A stretch of 64,000 bases of DNA, from assembly GCF_039770275.1 (NCBI RefSeq), contig NZ_JBDMYO010000012.1; one strand, 5' to 3'. This document shows, in pieces, positions 31,054 through 40,986 of this stretch. Every line of letters starts with the position of its first letter. Within the stretch, counting starts at the first letter, position 1. Source of the stretch: Nonlabens sp. GTDB lineage: Bacteria > Bacteroidota > Bacteroidia > Flavobacteriales > Flavobacteriaceae. The notes beneath the pieces are model-generated. The model made no database searches. It saw only the letters and a program-made list of their open reading frames with translations, and had not been told where the DNA came from. Both the position numbers and the translations under genes were made by a program.

Positions 31054-32097
31054 TTATAAATTTAAATCATTAGTAGCCCAGCCAGTAGATGTGTTACACC
31101 ATAAATGACCCTTTTTTATCTCTAGTGGCGCATCAATATTATTTGTATAAAGTGATCCTGTTCCCAGTCCTTGAGGCATTTTATTTCCCAACGTATAGGT
31201 AAACTGCGCAATAGCGTTTAAACCTACATTAGACTCTAGTGCGCTGGTCATCCACCAATTTATATTTCTCTCTGTTGCCAGATTAATCCATTCTCTACTA
31301 CTTTGAAAACCACCTACTAAAGCTGGCTTCAAAATAATATATTGCGGTTTTATAGTCTCAAGACATTTCATTTTTTCTTCTCTATCATAAAGACCTATCA
31401 ATTCTTCATCAAGAGCAATATCTAGCGGTGTTTGCTCACAAAGTGCTGCCATTTCTTGCCATTGACCTTGTTTAATAGGTTGCTCGATGCTATGTACTTG
31501 GTATTTTGATATTTCCTCTAGCTTTTGCATTGCATTGTCTGGAGTAAAAGCGCCATTTGCATCTACTCTTATCGTGATTTCGCTTTCGCGAAAGCGAGAA
31601 CGTATCAGTTTTAACAGACTTATTTCTGCATCAAAATCAATCGCGCCTATCTTCATTTTAATACAGTCAAAACCAGCTTTCAGTTTCTCTTCTAGTTGCT
31701 GTATCATAAACTCTTGATCGCCCATCCATACCAATCCATTGATAGAAATAGAATCCTGACCTTCTGTAAACATAGAAGGAAATAAAGTAAAAGGATCACT
31801 AGATTGTAAGGATTTAATTGCCATTTCATAACCAAATAATATGGATGGCCATTCTTTCAATTCTTGCATCATTTCTGCAGGTGAAATGGAAATGTAATTA
31901 CAAGTCCACTGAAGCTTTTCTTCAAAACCAGGTCGGTCATCGATGGAAAGACCTTGAAACATATTGATCTCTCCTATTCCTTTTTTCACACCGTTGTCAA
32001 GAATCAAGAACCACGTGTTTTTAGTTTTAAGTACACCTCTTGAGGTTCCTGCAGGTTGCTTGAAATTAAGGACGTATTTCTGTATCATTGCTTTCAT
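31054..32097 (-). CDS. menC: o-succinylbenzoate synthase
   Basis: KMKIG, RVDANG, IEQP, LDEEL, IILKP enolase-superfamily motifs. Confidence 0.88.
   Translation of the reverse strand: MKAMIQKYVLNFKQPAGTSRGVLKTKNTWFLILDNGVKKGIGEINMFQGLSIDDRPGFEEKLQWTCNYISISPAEMMQELKEWPSILFGYEMAIKSLQSSDPFTLFPSMFTEGQDSISINGLVWMGDQEFMIQQLEEKLKAGFDCIKMKIGAIDFDAEISLLKLIRSRFRESEITIRVDANGAFTPDNAMQKLEEISKYQVHSIEQPIKQGQWQEMAALCEQTPLDIALDEELIGLYDREEKMKCLETIKPQYIILKPALVGGFQSSREWINLATERNINWWMTSALESNVGLNAIAQFTYTLGNKMPQGLGTGSLYTNNIDAPLEIKKGHLWCNTSTGWATNDLNL
31581..31596. repeat. Palindrome copy (perfect) inside menC, encodes RFRES
   Basis: Direct match. Confidence 0.95.
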
Positions 32098-32271
32098 GAG
32101 GTGAAGATAATTACTGAATTGTAAATTATTTAGATATTAACAAAGTTTACGATAGAACTAACAGGTCCCTGAGAAATTTGGAACCTACTCATTTCATTGA
32201 TTAAAATTCTCGAACCAAATTTTCAGAAGTGAGACTGTTCAGTTGACAAACTTGTAGATAGTTTCTAAGAG

Positions 32272-32306
32272 ATTCCAGATGATTTGCTTAGGCAAATTTC
32301 TGGAAT
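32272..32306. terminator. Hairpin downstream of the DUF4442 gene (terminator or decayed REP)
   Basis: ATTCCAGA/TCTGGAAT outer stem and ATTTGC/GCAAAT inner stem. Confidence 0.35.
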
Positions 32307-32312
32307 TAAAAA

Positions 32313-32786
32313 CTACCCTTTCCTCTTCACTGTCCATTCAAACTGGAACTCGCTTACTTGCTCGCCTTCTTCATTTACTCCATTTGATGTCATCCACAAG
32401 GTTTGTCCTTCTCCAGTGTCGATTGTTTTCCTTATGGCTTCTTTTATAGCAAGTCCATCATGGCATTTAAAAGTAATAAGTCCAGTAGCTTTTTTTGTAA
32501 AAGTTGCTTTATTATTTACCACGAGCATAGATACTTTGGCATCACTTTTTTCTATGTAAGACATGACTAATGCACCTGTAGAAAGTTCTGCAGCCATGGC
32601 TTGTACCGCAAAATACATGCTGTTAAATGGATTTTGATTGAACCATTTATGTTTTACAGTTACTGTACAGTTTTTATCATCAATTTGTTGACATCTTACA
32701 CCTGTCCACCAACAACTTGGTAACTTTAAAAAGGTAAAAGCATTGATTTTTTTAGGTGTGATCATAAAATTAAAATTTATTTTCAA
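32313..32786 (-). CDS. DUF4442/PaaI-like thioesterase
   Basis: NQNPFNSMYFAVQAMAAELSTG hotdog motif; true start may be the internal MITPKK ATG. Confidence 0.8.
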   Translation of the reverse strand: MKINFNFMITPKKINAFTFLKLPSCWWTGVRCQQIDDKNCTVTVKHKWFNQNPFNSMYFAVQAMAAELSTGALVMSYIEKSDAKVSMLVVNNKATFTKKATGLITFKCHDGLAIKEAIRKTIDTGEGQTLWMTSNGVNEEGEQVSEFQFEWTVKRKG

Positions 32787-32832
32787 AATATTTTGAGATA
32801 CACAAAAGTAGTGAAAAGGCTTGTATTTATTG

Positions 32833-32848
32833 CGCTTTCGCGAAAGCG
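32833..32848. repeat. Palindrome copy (perfect) in a divergent promoter region
   Basis: Direct match. Confidence 0.95.
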
Positions 32849-32883
32849 AAACTATCTAACAACTGGAGTCAAATAAAAATATT

Positions 32884-32927
32884 TAGTACTTTGTATTGCA
32901 TAATACTATCTTTTAAATATATATTTG
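32884..32927 (+). promoter_or_regulatory. Promoter of the DUF4870-padR-pspC operon with a candidate PadR operator
   Basis: -7 TATATTTG at 32920-32927; IR TAGTA-N15-TACTA at 32884-32908. Confidence 0.35.
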
Positions 32928-32946
32928 CATAAGAAAATAATAGGCT

Positions 32947-33447
32947 ATGGAATCAACAAATCAAAATAATCACCATAATATCGCTACTGGTATTCATTTA
33001 CTGACCTTCGGTAAATGGCTTTTTCCTTTAGGGAATTTTGTGCTGCCCATTCTTTTATGGATGATCAATTCTAAAAAATCTGACTTTATAGATAGACATG
33101 GTAAGCAAGCGATTAACTTTCAAATAAGTATGACACTTTACACCATCATTCTCGCTTTTATAGGCGGTGGAATAATAGTAGGCTCTATGATTTCTGGTGG
33201 TCCTAGTCTTTGGGAAGCGATGGATCATGGCGGTGGTTTTCCATTTTGGAATGATATGGGAATATTTAGCACCATTATCGCCAGTGGAGTCGTTTGTGGT
33301 ACATTAATATTTGCTCTAGGAGTTATAGATCTAGTTTGTACCATTAAAGCGGCAATAAAAGCTCATGATGGTGAGGATTATGATTACCCTTTAACGATAA
33401 ATTTCATACCTCATCACCATGAGGTAGAAACGTCAAATACAAAATAA
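32947..33447 (+). CDS. DUF4870 membrane protein
   Basis: P.GN...P.ILW, HGKQAINFQIS, Y.YPLTI.F. Confidence 0.85.
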   Translation: MESTNQNNHHNIATGIHLLTFGKWLFPLGNFVLPILLWMINSKKSDFIDRHGKQAINFQISMTLYTIILAFIGGGIIVGSMISGGPSLWEAMDHGGGFPFWNDMGIFSTIIASGVVCGTLIFALGVIDLVCTIKAAIKAHDGEDYDYPLTINFIPHHHEVETSNTK

Positions 33448-33448
33448 C

Positions 33449-33790
33449 ATGAAGATAGAAAACACAAAAGCGCAAATGCGCAAAGGCGTACTGGAGTACT
33501 GCATTCTATCCATCTTAAAAGAAGAAGATGCTTATGTAGCAGAGATTCTAGACACTTTAAAAGGTGCAAAAATGTTGGTAGTAGAAGGTACGATTTATCC
33601 TTTACTCACCAGACTTAAAAATGCTGGCCTTCTCAATTACCGATGGGAAGAAAGTACTGGTGGACCACCACGTAAATATTACGGACTTACTGAAACAGGT
33701 AAAATTTTCTTGACCGAACTTACGACTACCTGGGACGATCTTAAAAACGCAGTTAACCTAGTGACCAAATCAAAAACAACAAAATCATGA
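33449..33790 (+). CDS. PadR family transcriptional regulator
   Basis: MRKGVLEYCIL, EGTIYPLLTRL, GPPRKYY. Confidence 0.93.
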   Translation: MKIENTKAQMRKGVLEYCILSILKEEDAYVAEILDTLKGAKMLVVEGTIYPLLTRLKNAGLLNYRWEESTGGPPRKYYGLTETGKIFLTELTTTWDDLKNAVNLVTKSKTTKS

Positions 33791-35541
33791 ACAAGACCAT
33801 CAATATAAACCTAGCTGGGCTGTTCTTCCATATAGATGAAGATGCCTATCAACGACTGCAACGTTATCTAGCGGCGGTGCGTAAATCATTTGCCGGTACG
33901 AGCGGTGCTGACGAGATCATGAGCGATATAGAATCACGTATAGCCGAGCTTTTTCTTGAAAAAAGAGCTAACGATCAACAGGTTATTTCTATAAAGCATG
34001 TTGAGGAAGTGATCAGTATAATGGGGCAGCCTGAAGACTATGAAGTAAATGAAGAGATCTTTGAGGAACAAACCTCTAGAAAAGCTTATCGACCTAATGG
34101 AAAAAACAAGCAATTATTTAGAGATACACAAAACGGTTATGTAGGCGGTGTTTCTAGTGGTTTAGGCTACTATTTAGGCATAGACACTATTTGGGTGCGT
34201 GTAATATGGGTCCTATTAGTGCTTTTTAGTGTGGGATGGGTGATACCTGTTTACATCCTATTATGGATTCTCGTACCTGATGCTGTTACTACAAATCAGC
34301 GTCTCACAATGATGGGTAAAGAGGTGAATATCTCTAACATAGAAGAGAACTTTAAGCAGGGTTTTGAAACTGTGGTTGATGGGCAGACCGACGCCAGCCA
34401 CCATATAGTAGGTCAAAAAGGAAAGCGTGGTTCTATAAAGTTCTTCAGCTTTTTAGGAAGATTGATAAAAGGCTTTTTTAAAGCTTTGATTAAAATAATT
34501 GGACTAGTTGTTTTTCTTGCTGCCACCACTGGACTTATAGGTTTACTAGTATCTATGATTACAGCAAGCTTTATCAATGTGGATGGTCAGAATTTGATTC
34601 ATATCTTTGATCTGGTCGTGCCGCATCATGAAGCTTCATGGATTTTATTAACTGCTATCATATTAGCAGCTGGAATTCCTTTATTCTTACTTGCTATTCT
34701 AGGTCTTAAGTTGTTAGTCAACAATTTAAAATCAATTGGGGTTCCTGCAAAAATTGTTCTTGTAGTACTCTGGATCATATCCGTTATAGTAATTAGCATA
34801 TCTATAGCTAGAATAGCAGCAAGTCAGGCTTATGACGGAAATGTTATTGAGGTACAAGACTTTGAAATAGAGGAAGAAAAAGTATTTGAATTGGAATTAT
34901 TAGATGTTTATGATCTAAATGACCAAGTTTTTGTAAAAACAAATGGTGTTAAATTTATTGATTATAATGGTGAGAAAGCTATTAGAATGAATGAAGTGCG
35001 CGTTGCGATTGCTGAGAGCAGAGACAATAAAGCTCATGTAAATCTTAATTTCAAGGCAAAAGGTGACTCTTTTGAAACCGCTAAAATTAATGCAGAATCC
35101 TTGATTTATGAATATAAAATTACTGACTCTACTTTTATAGCACCGGACTATGTTATTGCTCCAAAGGGCTCTGGACTTTTTAATCAAAAAGTAATTGTTA
35201 CTATTTATTTACCTAAAGGCACAAAAGTGAAAATGAATAAACGATTTGAAAAACGCTATACGACTTGGTATTCTGATGATGCATTACATATGAATGGCAG
35301 TTATGATAATACGTACCAATTGAAAAGTGGCAAAGTAGTATGTTTAGATTGTCCTGTTCCTGAACAAAATAAATCTGACGATATAGATAATAAAGCCCCT
35401 GATTCCACCACAACTACAGATGGTAAATGGAAATATTCTGAATCGCAGTACAAAAAAGAAGCAGTAACGAAATCTAAAGTCGGACCAGTAACGATCACTA
35501 AGACTATTAAAACGGAGCCTAAAAGAGTTCCAATAAAATAG
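33787..35541 (+). CDS. pspC: PspC domain-containing membrane protein
   Basis: MNKTININLAG, DIESRIAELF, GGVSSGLGYYLGID PspC motif. Confidence 0.88.
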   Translation: MNKTININLAGLFFHIDEDAYQRLQRYLAAVRKSFAGTSGADEIMSDIESRIAELFLEKRANDQQVISIKHVEEVISIMGQPEDYEVNEEIFEEQTSRKAYRPNGKNKQLFRDTQNGYVGGVSSGLGYYLGIDTIWVRVIWVLLVLFSVGWVIPVYILLWILVPDAVTTNQRLTMMGKEVNISNIEENFKQGFETVVDGQTDASHHIVGQKGKRGSIKFFSFLGRLIKGFFKALIKIIGLVVFLAATTGLIGLLVSMITASFINVDGQNLIHIFDLVVPHHEASWILLTAIILAAGIPLFLLAILGLKLLVNNLKSIGVPAKIVLVVLWIISVIVISISIARIAASQAYDGNVIEVQDFEIEEEKVFELELLDVYDLNDQVFVKTNGVKFIDYNGEKAIRMNEVRVAIAESRDNKAHVNLNFKAKGDSFETAKINAESLIYEYKITDSTFIAPDYVIAPKGSGLFNQKVIVTIYLPKGTKVKMNKRFEKRYTTWYSDDALHMNGSYDNTYQLKSGKVVCLDCPVPEQNKSDDIDNKAPDSTTTTDGKWKYSESQYKKEAVTKSKVGPVTITKTIKTEPKRVPIK

Positions 35542-35605
35542 GCATTCAACAAGATTGATTTTCAAGTTGACGTTCTACCCTTGTGATTGAGAAGTAGAAC
35601 TCTTA

Positions 35606-35636
35606 GCCGCTCCATTTCATGATGGAGCGGTTTTTG
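35606..35636 (+). terminator. Intrinsic terminator
   Basis: CCGCTCCAT-N6-ATGGAGCGG followed by TTTTT. Confidence 0.75.
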
Positions 35637-35664
35637 CTTTACATTTGTAAACTAAATTATTACA

Positions 35665-36489
35665 ATGAAAAAGATATTACTTTTTGTTTTTGCATTAACA
35701 ATTACAATAACAAGCGCACAGGATTTAATTAAGGTAAAGGGAAATCGCGAGGTAACAACAGAGATCAGTCCTATTGATTCTTTTGAAACACTAGAGATAA
35801 GTGAAGATTATGAAATCACACTTGTACCTGGATCTTCCTCACAAGTAGAAATCACTACAGATTCTAATTTGCATCAATATCTTGCCGTTTCTGTAGTAGG
35901 CGACAAACTAGTAGTAACAACAACCGCAAGAATACGTTCTAAAAAAGAAATGAAATTTAGAATCGTTTACGGACCTGAATTAAAGAAAATTACCGTTAAA
36001 GGAGATGCACAGCTATCTTCTTTAACAAGTCTTGCCTTCGAAGATCTAGAACTAAATATAGAAGAAGATGCAAAGGTCTTTATAACGGCAAACGTAACTA
36101 GATTAATTCTAAACGCTGAAAGAAGTACAACGTCAGAATTAAATCTTTCTGGTAAGAAAGCGGTTATAAATTTAAAAGACAATGCAGACGTAGCAGCATT
36201 GATCAAGTATGACTATTTAGAGTTAAGCATGAAAGATCGTGTTGATGCTAAAATTGAAGGTGATATTAACAATGGTCAACTTAATTTATCTAGTCGTGCA
36301 AATATTGAAGGTAAAAATCTTGTTTTTGATGATTTAGATCTGACTATCAAAAACTATGCAACTGCAGAGATTAATGTGAAAGGAAAACTTACACTTCACT
36401 CTAGTGACGAAGGTGATGTTACACTACACAATACTCCTAAAATAGATATGAAAAACTTTTCTGGAAAATCAGTTTTAGAAAAGCAATAA
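35665..36489 (+). CDS. GIN/DUF2807 (head GIN domain) secreted protein
   Basis: Signal peptide, beta-helix-like repeats; conserved position after pspC; -7 TACATTTG at 35640-35647. Confidence 0.8.
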   Translation: MKKILLFVFALTITITSAQDLIKVKGNREVTTEISPIDSFETLEISEDYEITLVPGSSSQVEITTDSNLHQYLAVSVVGDKLVVTTTARIRSKKEMKFRIVYGPELKKITVKGDAQLSSLTSLAFEDLELNIEEDAKVFITANVTRLILNAERSTTSELNLSGKKAVINLKDNADVAALIKYDYLELSMKDRVDAKIEGDINNGQLNLSSRANIEGKNLVFDDLDLTIKNYATAEINVKGKLTLHSSDEGDVTLHNTPKIDMKNFSGKSVLEKQ

Positions 36490-36515
36490 AACATTTATCT
36501 GAAAATAACGCATTA

Positions 36516-36548
36516 AAAAATCCTCTATGAATTTCATAGAGGATTTTT
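36516..36548. terminator. Bidirectional intrinsic terminator
   Basis: AAAAATCCTCTATGAA-T-TTCATAGAGGATTTTT. Confidence 0.8.
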
Positions 36549-36584
36549 AATTGGAATAAATTCTATTAGAGAAAATAATCTGAT

Positions 36585-37571
36585 TTAATCTATATGATAA
36601 TCTCCAGCTTTTACCTCTTCTACTTCTCCTATATCTGCAAGGTAGCGCTCTGCATCTAGAGCTGCCATACACCCAGTACCTGCAGCGGTAACTGCCTGTC
36701 TATAAATTTTATCTTGCACATCTCCAGAAGCAAAAACACCAGGAAGATTTGTTTTTGTAGATCCTGGAATCGTTTTTAAATATCCATCATCGCCCATGTC
36801 TAATTGACCTTTGAAAATATCTGTATTAGGCTTGTGACCTATTGCGATAAAGATACCTGTGATTTCAATCTCGTGCTTTTCTTGAGTTTGATTGTTTACA
36901 ATACGCAAACCTTCTACCACTTGATCACCTAAAACTTCATCCACTTCAGAGTTATATAACACCTTTATGTTGTCAAGGCTGTTTACTCTGTGTTGCATCG
37001 CCTTAGAAGCACGCATATGATCTTTACGCACTAACATCGTTACACTTTTACAAATTTTGGCCAGGTAGGAAGCTTCTTCAGCGGCAGTATCTCCTGCTCC
37101 TACTATGGCGACATCTTGGTTCTTGTAAAAGAAACCGTCACAAACTGCACAAGCACTCACACCACCACCACGTAAACGTTGTTCACTAGGAATGTTCAAA
37201 TATTTTGCAGATGCTCCTGTAGAAATAATTACCGTATTAGCCTCAACTTTTGTTTTGCCGTCTATAATAGCAGTATGAATACCACCTTTTTCTTTAGCGA
37301 GATGTACTTCAGTAACCATACCTATGCGCACTTGTGTACCAAAACGCTCTGCTTGCTTCTGTAAATCTACCATCATTGCTGGTCCATCTATTCCATCTGC
37401 ATAACCTGGAAAGTTATCTACCTCGGTAGTAGTAGTTAGCTGTCCACCTGGCTCCATTCCTGTATATACGACAGGTTTCATGTCTGCACGAGCCGCATAA
37501 ATAGCTGCTGTATAACCTGCAGGTCCTGAACCTATAATCAAACATTTTATTCTTTCTATATTCTCTGACAT
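36585..37571 (-). CDS. trxB: Thioredoxin reductase
   Basis: GSGPAG, GGQL, CAVCDG, GAGDTA, GDV; start re-assigned to MSENIER (ATG 37571). Confidence 0.96.
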   Translation of the reverse strand: MSENIERIKCLIIGSGPAGYTAAIYAARADMKPVVYTGMEPGGQLTTTTEVDNFPGYADGIDGPAMMVDLQKQAERFGTQVRIGMVTEVHLAKEKGGIHTAIIDGKTKVEANTVIISTGASAKYLNIPSEQRLRGGGVSACAVCDGFFYKNQDVAIVGAGDTAAEEASYLAKICKSVTMLVRKDHMRASKAMQHRVNSLDNIKVLYNSEVDEVLGDQVVEGLRIVNNQTQEKHEIEITGIFIAIGHKPNTDIFKGQLDMGDDGYLKTIPGSTKTNLPGVFASGDVQDKIYRQAVTAAGTGCMAALDAERYLADIGEVEEVKAGDYHID

Positions 37572-37724
37572 AATTCTAAAACTTTGTATGATTCTATCTG
37601 TAAATTTATTTCTCACAAATCTTACACAAATGTAAGAGTATGAAATAGGAAAATCTCATTCTTATGATCACTATTTATTATCTGTTTATTAAGGTTTTCC
37701 ATAAGCAGCAATTATCTTTGAAAA

Positions 37725-38273
37725 ATGCCTCAAGTTTATATAAATCCTATTACAAAAGAAAAAGCTACTATCCTTAAAACAAGTGAGCAAACTAATGGTA
37801 CGTATACCTTAATTGAAGTAAAACTGCAACCAGGCGGCGGTAATCCCATTCATTTTCATGAGCAGTTTACAGAGCATTTTTTTCCACAAGAAGGCATTTT
37901 AGGTGTTCACTATTTAGGAAAAGAGATTTTGTTAAAACCCAATGAAGATTTTAAAGTACCACTCTTAGACGTGCATCGTTTTTATAATCCTAATGATCAA
38001 CCGATTATTTTTAGAGCCAAATTAGAACCAGGACAACCTGATTTTGAAAACTTCATGGCCGTGCTTTTTGGTCTTGTACGCGATGGAAAAACATTTAGCA
38101 AAAATCAAATTCCCTATAATCCATTTCATGCATTCCTTTTATTTGATTGGGGCGACACACAAGTAGATCATTTTATATTTAGATTATTTAAACCTTTGAT
38201 TTCATTGTTAGTAACGCTTTCGCGAAAGCTAGGATATGAAAAACGTCTTCTACAGAAATATAAAAATCAGTAA
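37725..38273 (+). CDS. Cupin domain protein
   Basis: P.HFH...TE.F, HRFYN cupin motifs. Confidence 0.8.
   Translation: MPQVYINPITKEKATILKTSEQTNGTYTLIEVKLQPGGGNPIHFHEQFTEHFFPQEGILGVHYLGKEILLKPNEDFKVPLLDVHRFYNPNDQPIIFRAKLEPGQPDFENFMAVLFGLVRDGKTFSKNQIPYNPFHAFLLFDWGDTQVDHFIFRLFKPLISLLVTLSRKLGYEKRLLQKYKNQ
38215..38230. repeat. Palindrome copy (1 mismatch) inside the cupin gene, encodes TLSRKL
   Basis: CGCTTTCGCGAAAGCT. Confidence 0.9.
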
Positions 38274-38397
38274 TAATATATTTTTTACAAAGACTTACAA
38301 GTAATGTGCGGAAGGCACTTTATAACAGGATTCTAATGTTGATATTTTTTAAACTAATTCGACACTTTTACCTTATTAATGAGTAGATTGATTGTTC

Positions 38398-38413
38398 GGC
38401 TTTCGCAAAAGCG
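38398..38413. repeat. Palindrome copy (2 mismatches, intergenic)
   Basis: GGCTTTCGCAAAAGCG. Confidence 0.7.
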
Positions 38414-38514
38414 ACATAATAACAATTGTTTTTAACAAAAATACCACTGAATTCCAGTTCTGGCTTGGAACTCAAATTTCAAAATCGTAACATTACAGTT
38501 CACCAATTATATTT

Positions 38515-40047
38515 ATGGAAAGCCAAAATATCAATCAAGAAGACGAAAAAATTATTGAAAATCAAGAACTGAATATTTGGGAAGCGTTGATTCCTGTTAT
38601 AGCATTGATAGGAATGCTTGCTTACAATGTTTTTATTTTTGGAGATAGCGCATTAGGAGGAACGAATCAATTTATCCTAATTCTGGGTGGTGCAATCGCT
38701 GCAATTGTCGGTTTTAAAAACAAGGTTTCTTATCAATCCATGGTTGAGGAAGTTGCACAAAATCTAAAATCCACCACTGGCGCAATATTAATACTCTTAA
38801 TGGTAGGAGCACTTGCAGGAACGTGGCTGGTGAGCGGTATCATTCCTACTATGATTTATTATGGACTGGACATTCTCAATCCGACTATATTTCTTGCTGC
38901 ATGCGTTATCATTTGTGCAGTTATATCTGTCGCCACTGGAAGTAGCTGGACGACTAGTGCGACTGTAGGTATTGCGTTAATAGGAATTGCAGGAGCCTTA
39001 GGCATTAGTGCAGGAATGACGGCTGGTGCGGTATTGAGTGGTGCTTATTTTGGTGATAAATTGAGCCCTTTAAGTGATACCACTAACCTCGCTCCTGCTA
39101 TGGCTGGAACAGATTTATTTACACATATCAAGTACATGACGTACACAACCGTACCTACTGTTGCCGTGACTTTGATTGTATTTGTGATATTAGGATTTAC
39201 AAATGATACCACTGGCGCTGCTGATGTTTCTCAATATCAAAATGCTATAGACGCTACATTTAATACGAGTCCATGGTTGTTTGTTGTGCCAGTAGCAGTG
39301 ATTGCTATGATCGTTAAAAAAGTATCCCCTTTAATCGCTTTATTAATAGGTACATTACTCGCTGGAATTTTTGCTCTTATTTTCCAGCCAGATATCGTAC
39401 TAGCTATTTCAGGAGTGAAAGAGTGGAGTTTTGAAGCGGCTTATAAAGGTATTATGAACTCTATTACCATAAAGACAACAGTAAACCCTATATCTGATAA
39501 TCCCAAAATAGTAGAAGAGCTAGCAGGCCTTTTTGAAGGAAAAGGAATGGAATCTATGTTAGGAACTATTTGGTTGATTATTTGCGCAATGGTTTTTGGT
39601 GGTGTGATGGATGCCATAGGCGCTTTAAGCCGTATTTCTCGCAGTTTACTAGATTTATTTAGTAGCACTTTTGGATTGTTCTTTAGTACCGTTGCCAGTT
39701 GTCTTGCTATTAATGTAACTGCAAGTGATCAATACCTAGCACTAGTAGTGCCTGGTAAAATGTATGAAAAAGCCTATCGTGAAAAAGGTCTTGCTCCAGA
39801 AAATCTATCTAGAACACTAGAAGATTCTGGTACAGTAACTTCGGTTCTAATTCCATGGAATACCTGTGGCGCTTATCATAGTAGTACTTTAAGTGTAAGT
39901 GTAGCAGATTATGCACTCTATGCTATTTTCAGCTGGCTTTCTCCTATTATGACCTTAATTTTTGCTGCTTTCAGTATCAAAATAAAACAACTCGTCACTA
40001 AACAACCTACCATGAGCACAATAGGTGAAGATCCATCACAATTATAA
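38515..40047 (+). CDS. nhaC: NhaC family Na+/H+ antiporter
   Basis: GSSWTTSATVG, GAYFGDKLSPLSDTT, RTLEDSGT, PWNTCG. Confidence 0.9.
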   Translation: MESQNINQEDEKIIENQELNIWEALIPVIALIGMLAYNVFIFGDSALGGTNQFILILGGAIAAIVGFKNKVSYQSMVEEVAQNLKSTTGAILILLMVGALAGTWLVSGIIPTMIYYGLDILNPTIFLAACVIICAVISVATGSSWTTSATVGIALIGIAGALGISAGMTAGAVLSGAYFGDKLSPLSDTTNLAPAMAGTDLFTHIKYMTYTTVPTVAVTLIVFVILGFTNDTTGAADVSQYQNAIDATFNTSPWLFVVPVAVIAMIVKKVSPLIALLIGTLLAGIFALIFQPDIVLAISGVKEWSFEAAYKGIMNSITIKTTVNPISDNPKIVEELAGLFEGKGMESMLGTIWLIICAMVFGGVMDAIGALSRISRSLLDLFSSTFGLFFSTVASCLAINVTASDQYLALVVPGKMYEKAYREKGLAPENLSRTLEDSGTVTSVLIPWNTCGAYHSSTLSVSVADYALYAIFSWLSPIMTLIFAAFSIKIKQLVTKQPTMSTIGEDPSQL

Positions 40048-40100
40048 AAGAGATCTTTTTGATACACTAGTATTCTAAATTTACTTTCAAATTAAACAAA

Positions 40101-40979
40101 ATGAAAAGATACTATTTTACTATTCTCTTACTATTACTAGGTATACTAGCCGTTGCTCAAGACAGATTTGAAAATGTAGAAATAACAACTACAAAATTAA
40201 CAGATCGAGTTTTTATGTTACAAGGAGCAGGTGGAAATATTTTGATACAGGTTTCTGAAAATCAGGTAGTCATGATCGATTCACAATTTGCTCCCTTAAG
40301 TGATAAAATTAAAAAAGCGATTGCTACCATAACTGATTTACCTATCTCTTTTTTAATAAACACACATCATCATGCAGATCACACAGGTGGAAATAAGAAT
40401 TTTAACAGTGAAGATGTAACAGTAATTGCTCATAAAAATGTTTTTGTACGACTTGAAAAAGATGGAAAAAAAGAAGTCTTTCTACCAGAAAAAATCATTG
40501 AAGAAGACTATAAACTTTCCTTACCAGATGACAACAATTTAATCATTCATGTACATAACGCTCATACAGATGGTGATAGCTTCATTTACATGACAAAAAG
40601 TAATGTAGTGCATATGGGTGATGTGTTTTTCAATGGACGCTATCCATACATTGATATAGCATCTGGCGGATCTATTACTGGATACATAAATGCTCAAGAA
40701 AAGATATTATCTACTATAAATGAGGAAACAAAAATAGTGCCTGGGCATGGTGCTCTAGCCAGTTATGAAGATCTAGCCAGCTATATTCCTATGCTTAAAG
40801 ATTTAAAGAACCAAATAGAAAAAGCTTTAACTAATGGTAAGTCTCGTGAAGAAGTAGAAAAAGATAAACGAATAACAAAAGTGTACGACAAAAATGGTTT
40901 TGGAGAAGGTTTTATAAGTTCAGAAAAAATAAGAACTACTATTTACGACAGCCTTTTGTTAGAAGCAAAAAGTAAATAA
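40101..40979 (+). CDS. MBL-fold metallo-hydrolase (cyclase-like), secreted
   Basis: THHHADHTGGN, HTDGD, VPGHG. Confidence 0.85.
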   Translation: MKRYYFTILLLLLGILAVAQDRFENVEITTTKLTDRVFMLQGAGGNILIQVSENQVVMIDSQFAPLSDKIKKAIATITDLPISFLINTHHHADHTGGNKNFNSEDVTVIAHKNVFVRLEKDGKKEVFLPEKIIEEDYKLSLPDDNNLIIHVHNAHTDGDSFIYMTKSNVVHMGDVFFNGRYPYIDIASGGSITGYINAQEKILSTINEETKIVPGHGALASYEDLASYIPMLKDLKNQIEKALTNGKSREEVEKDKRITKVYDKNGFGEGFISSEKIRTTIYDSLLLEAKSK

Positions 40980-40986
40980 TACGACT

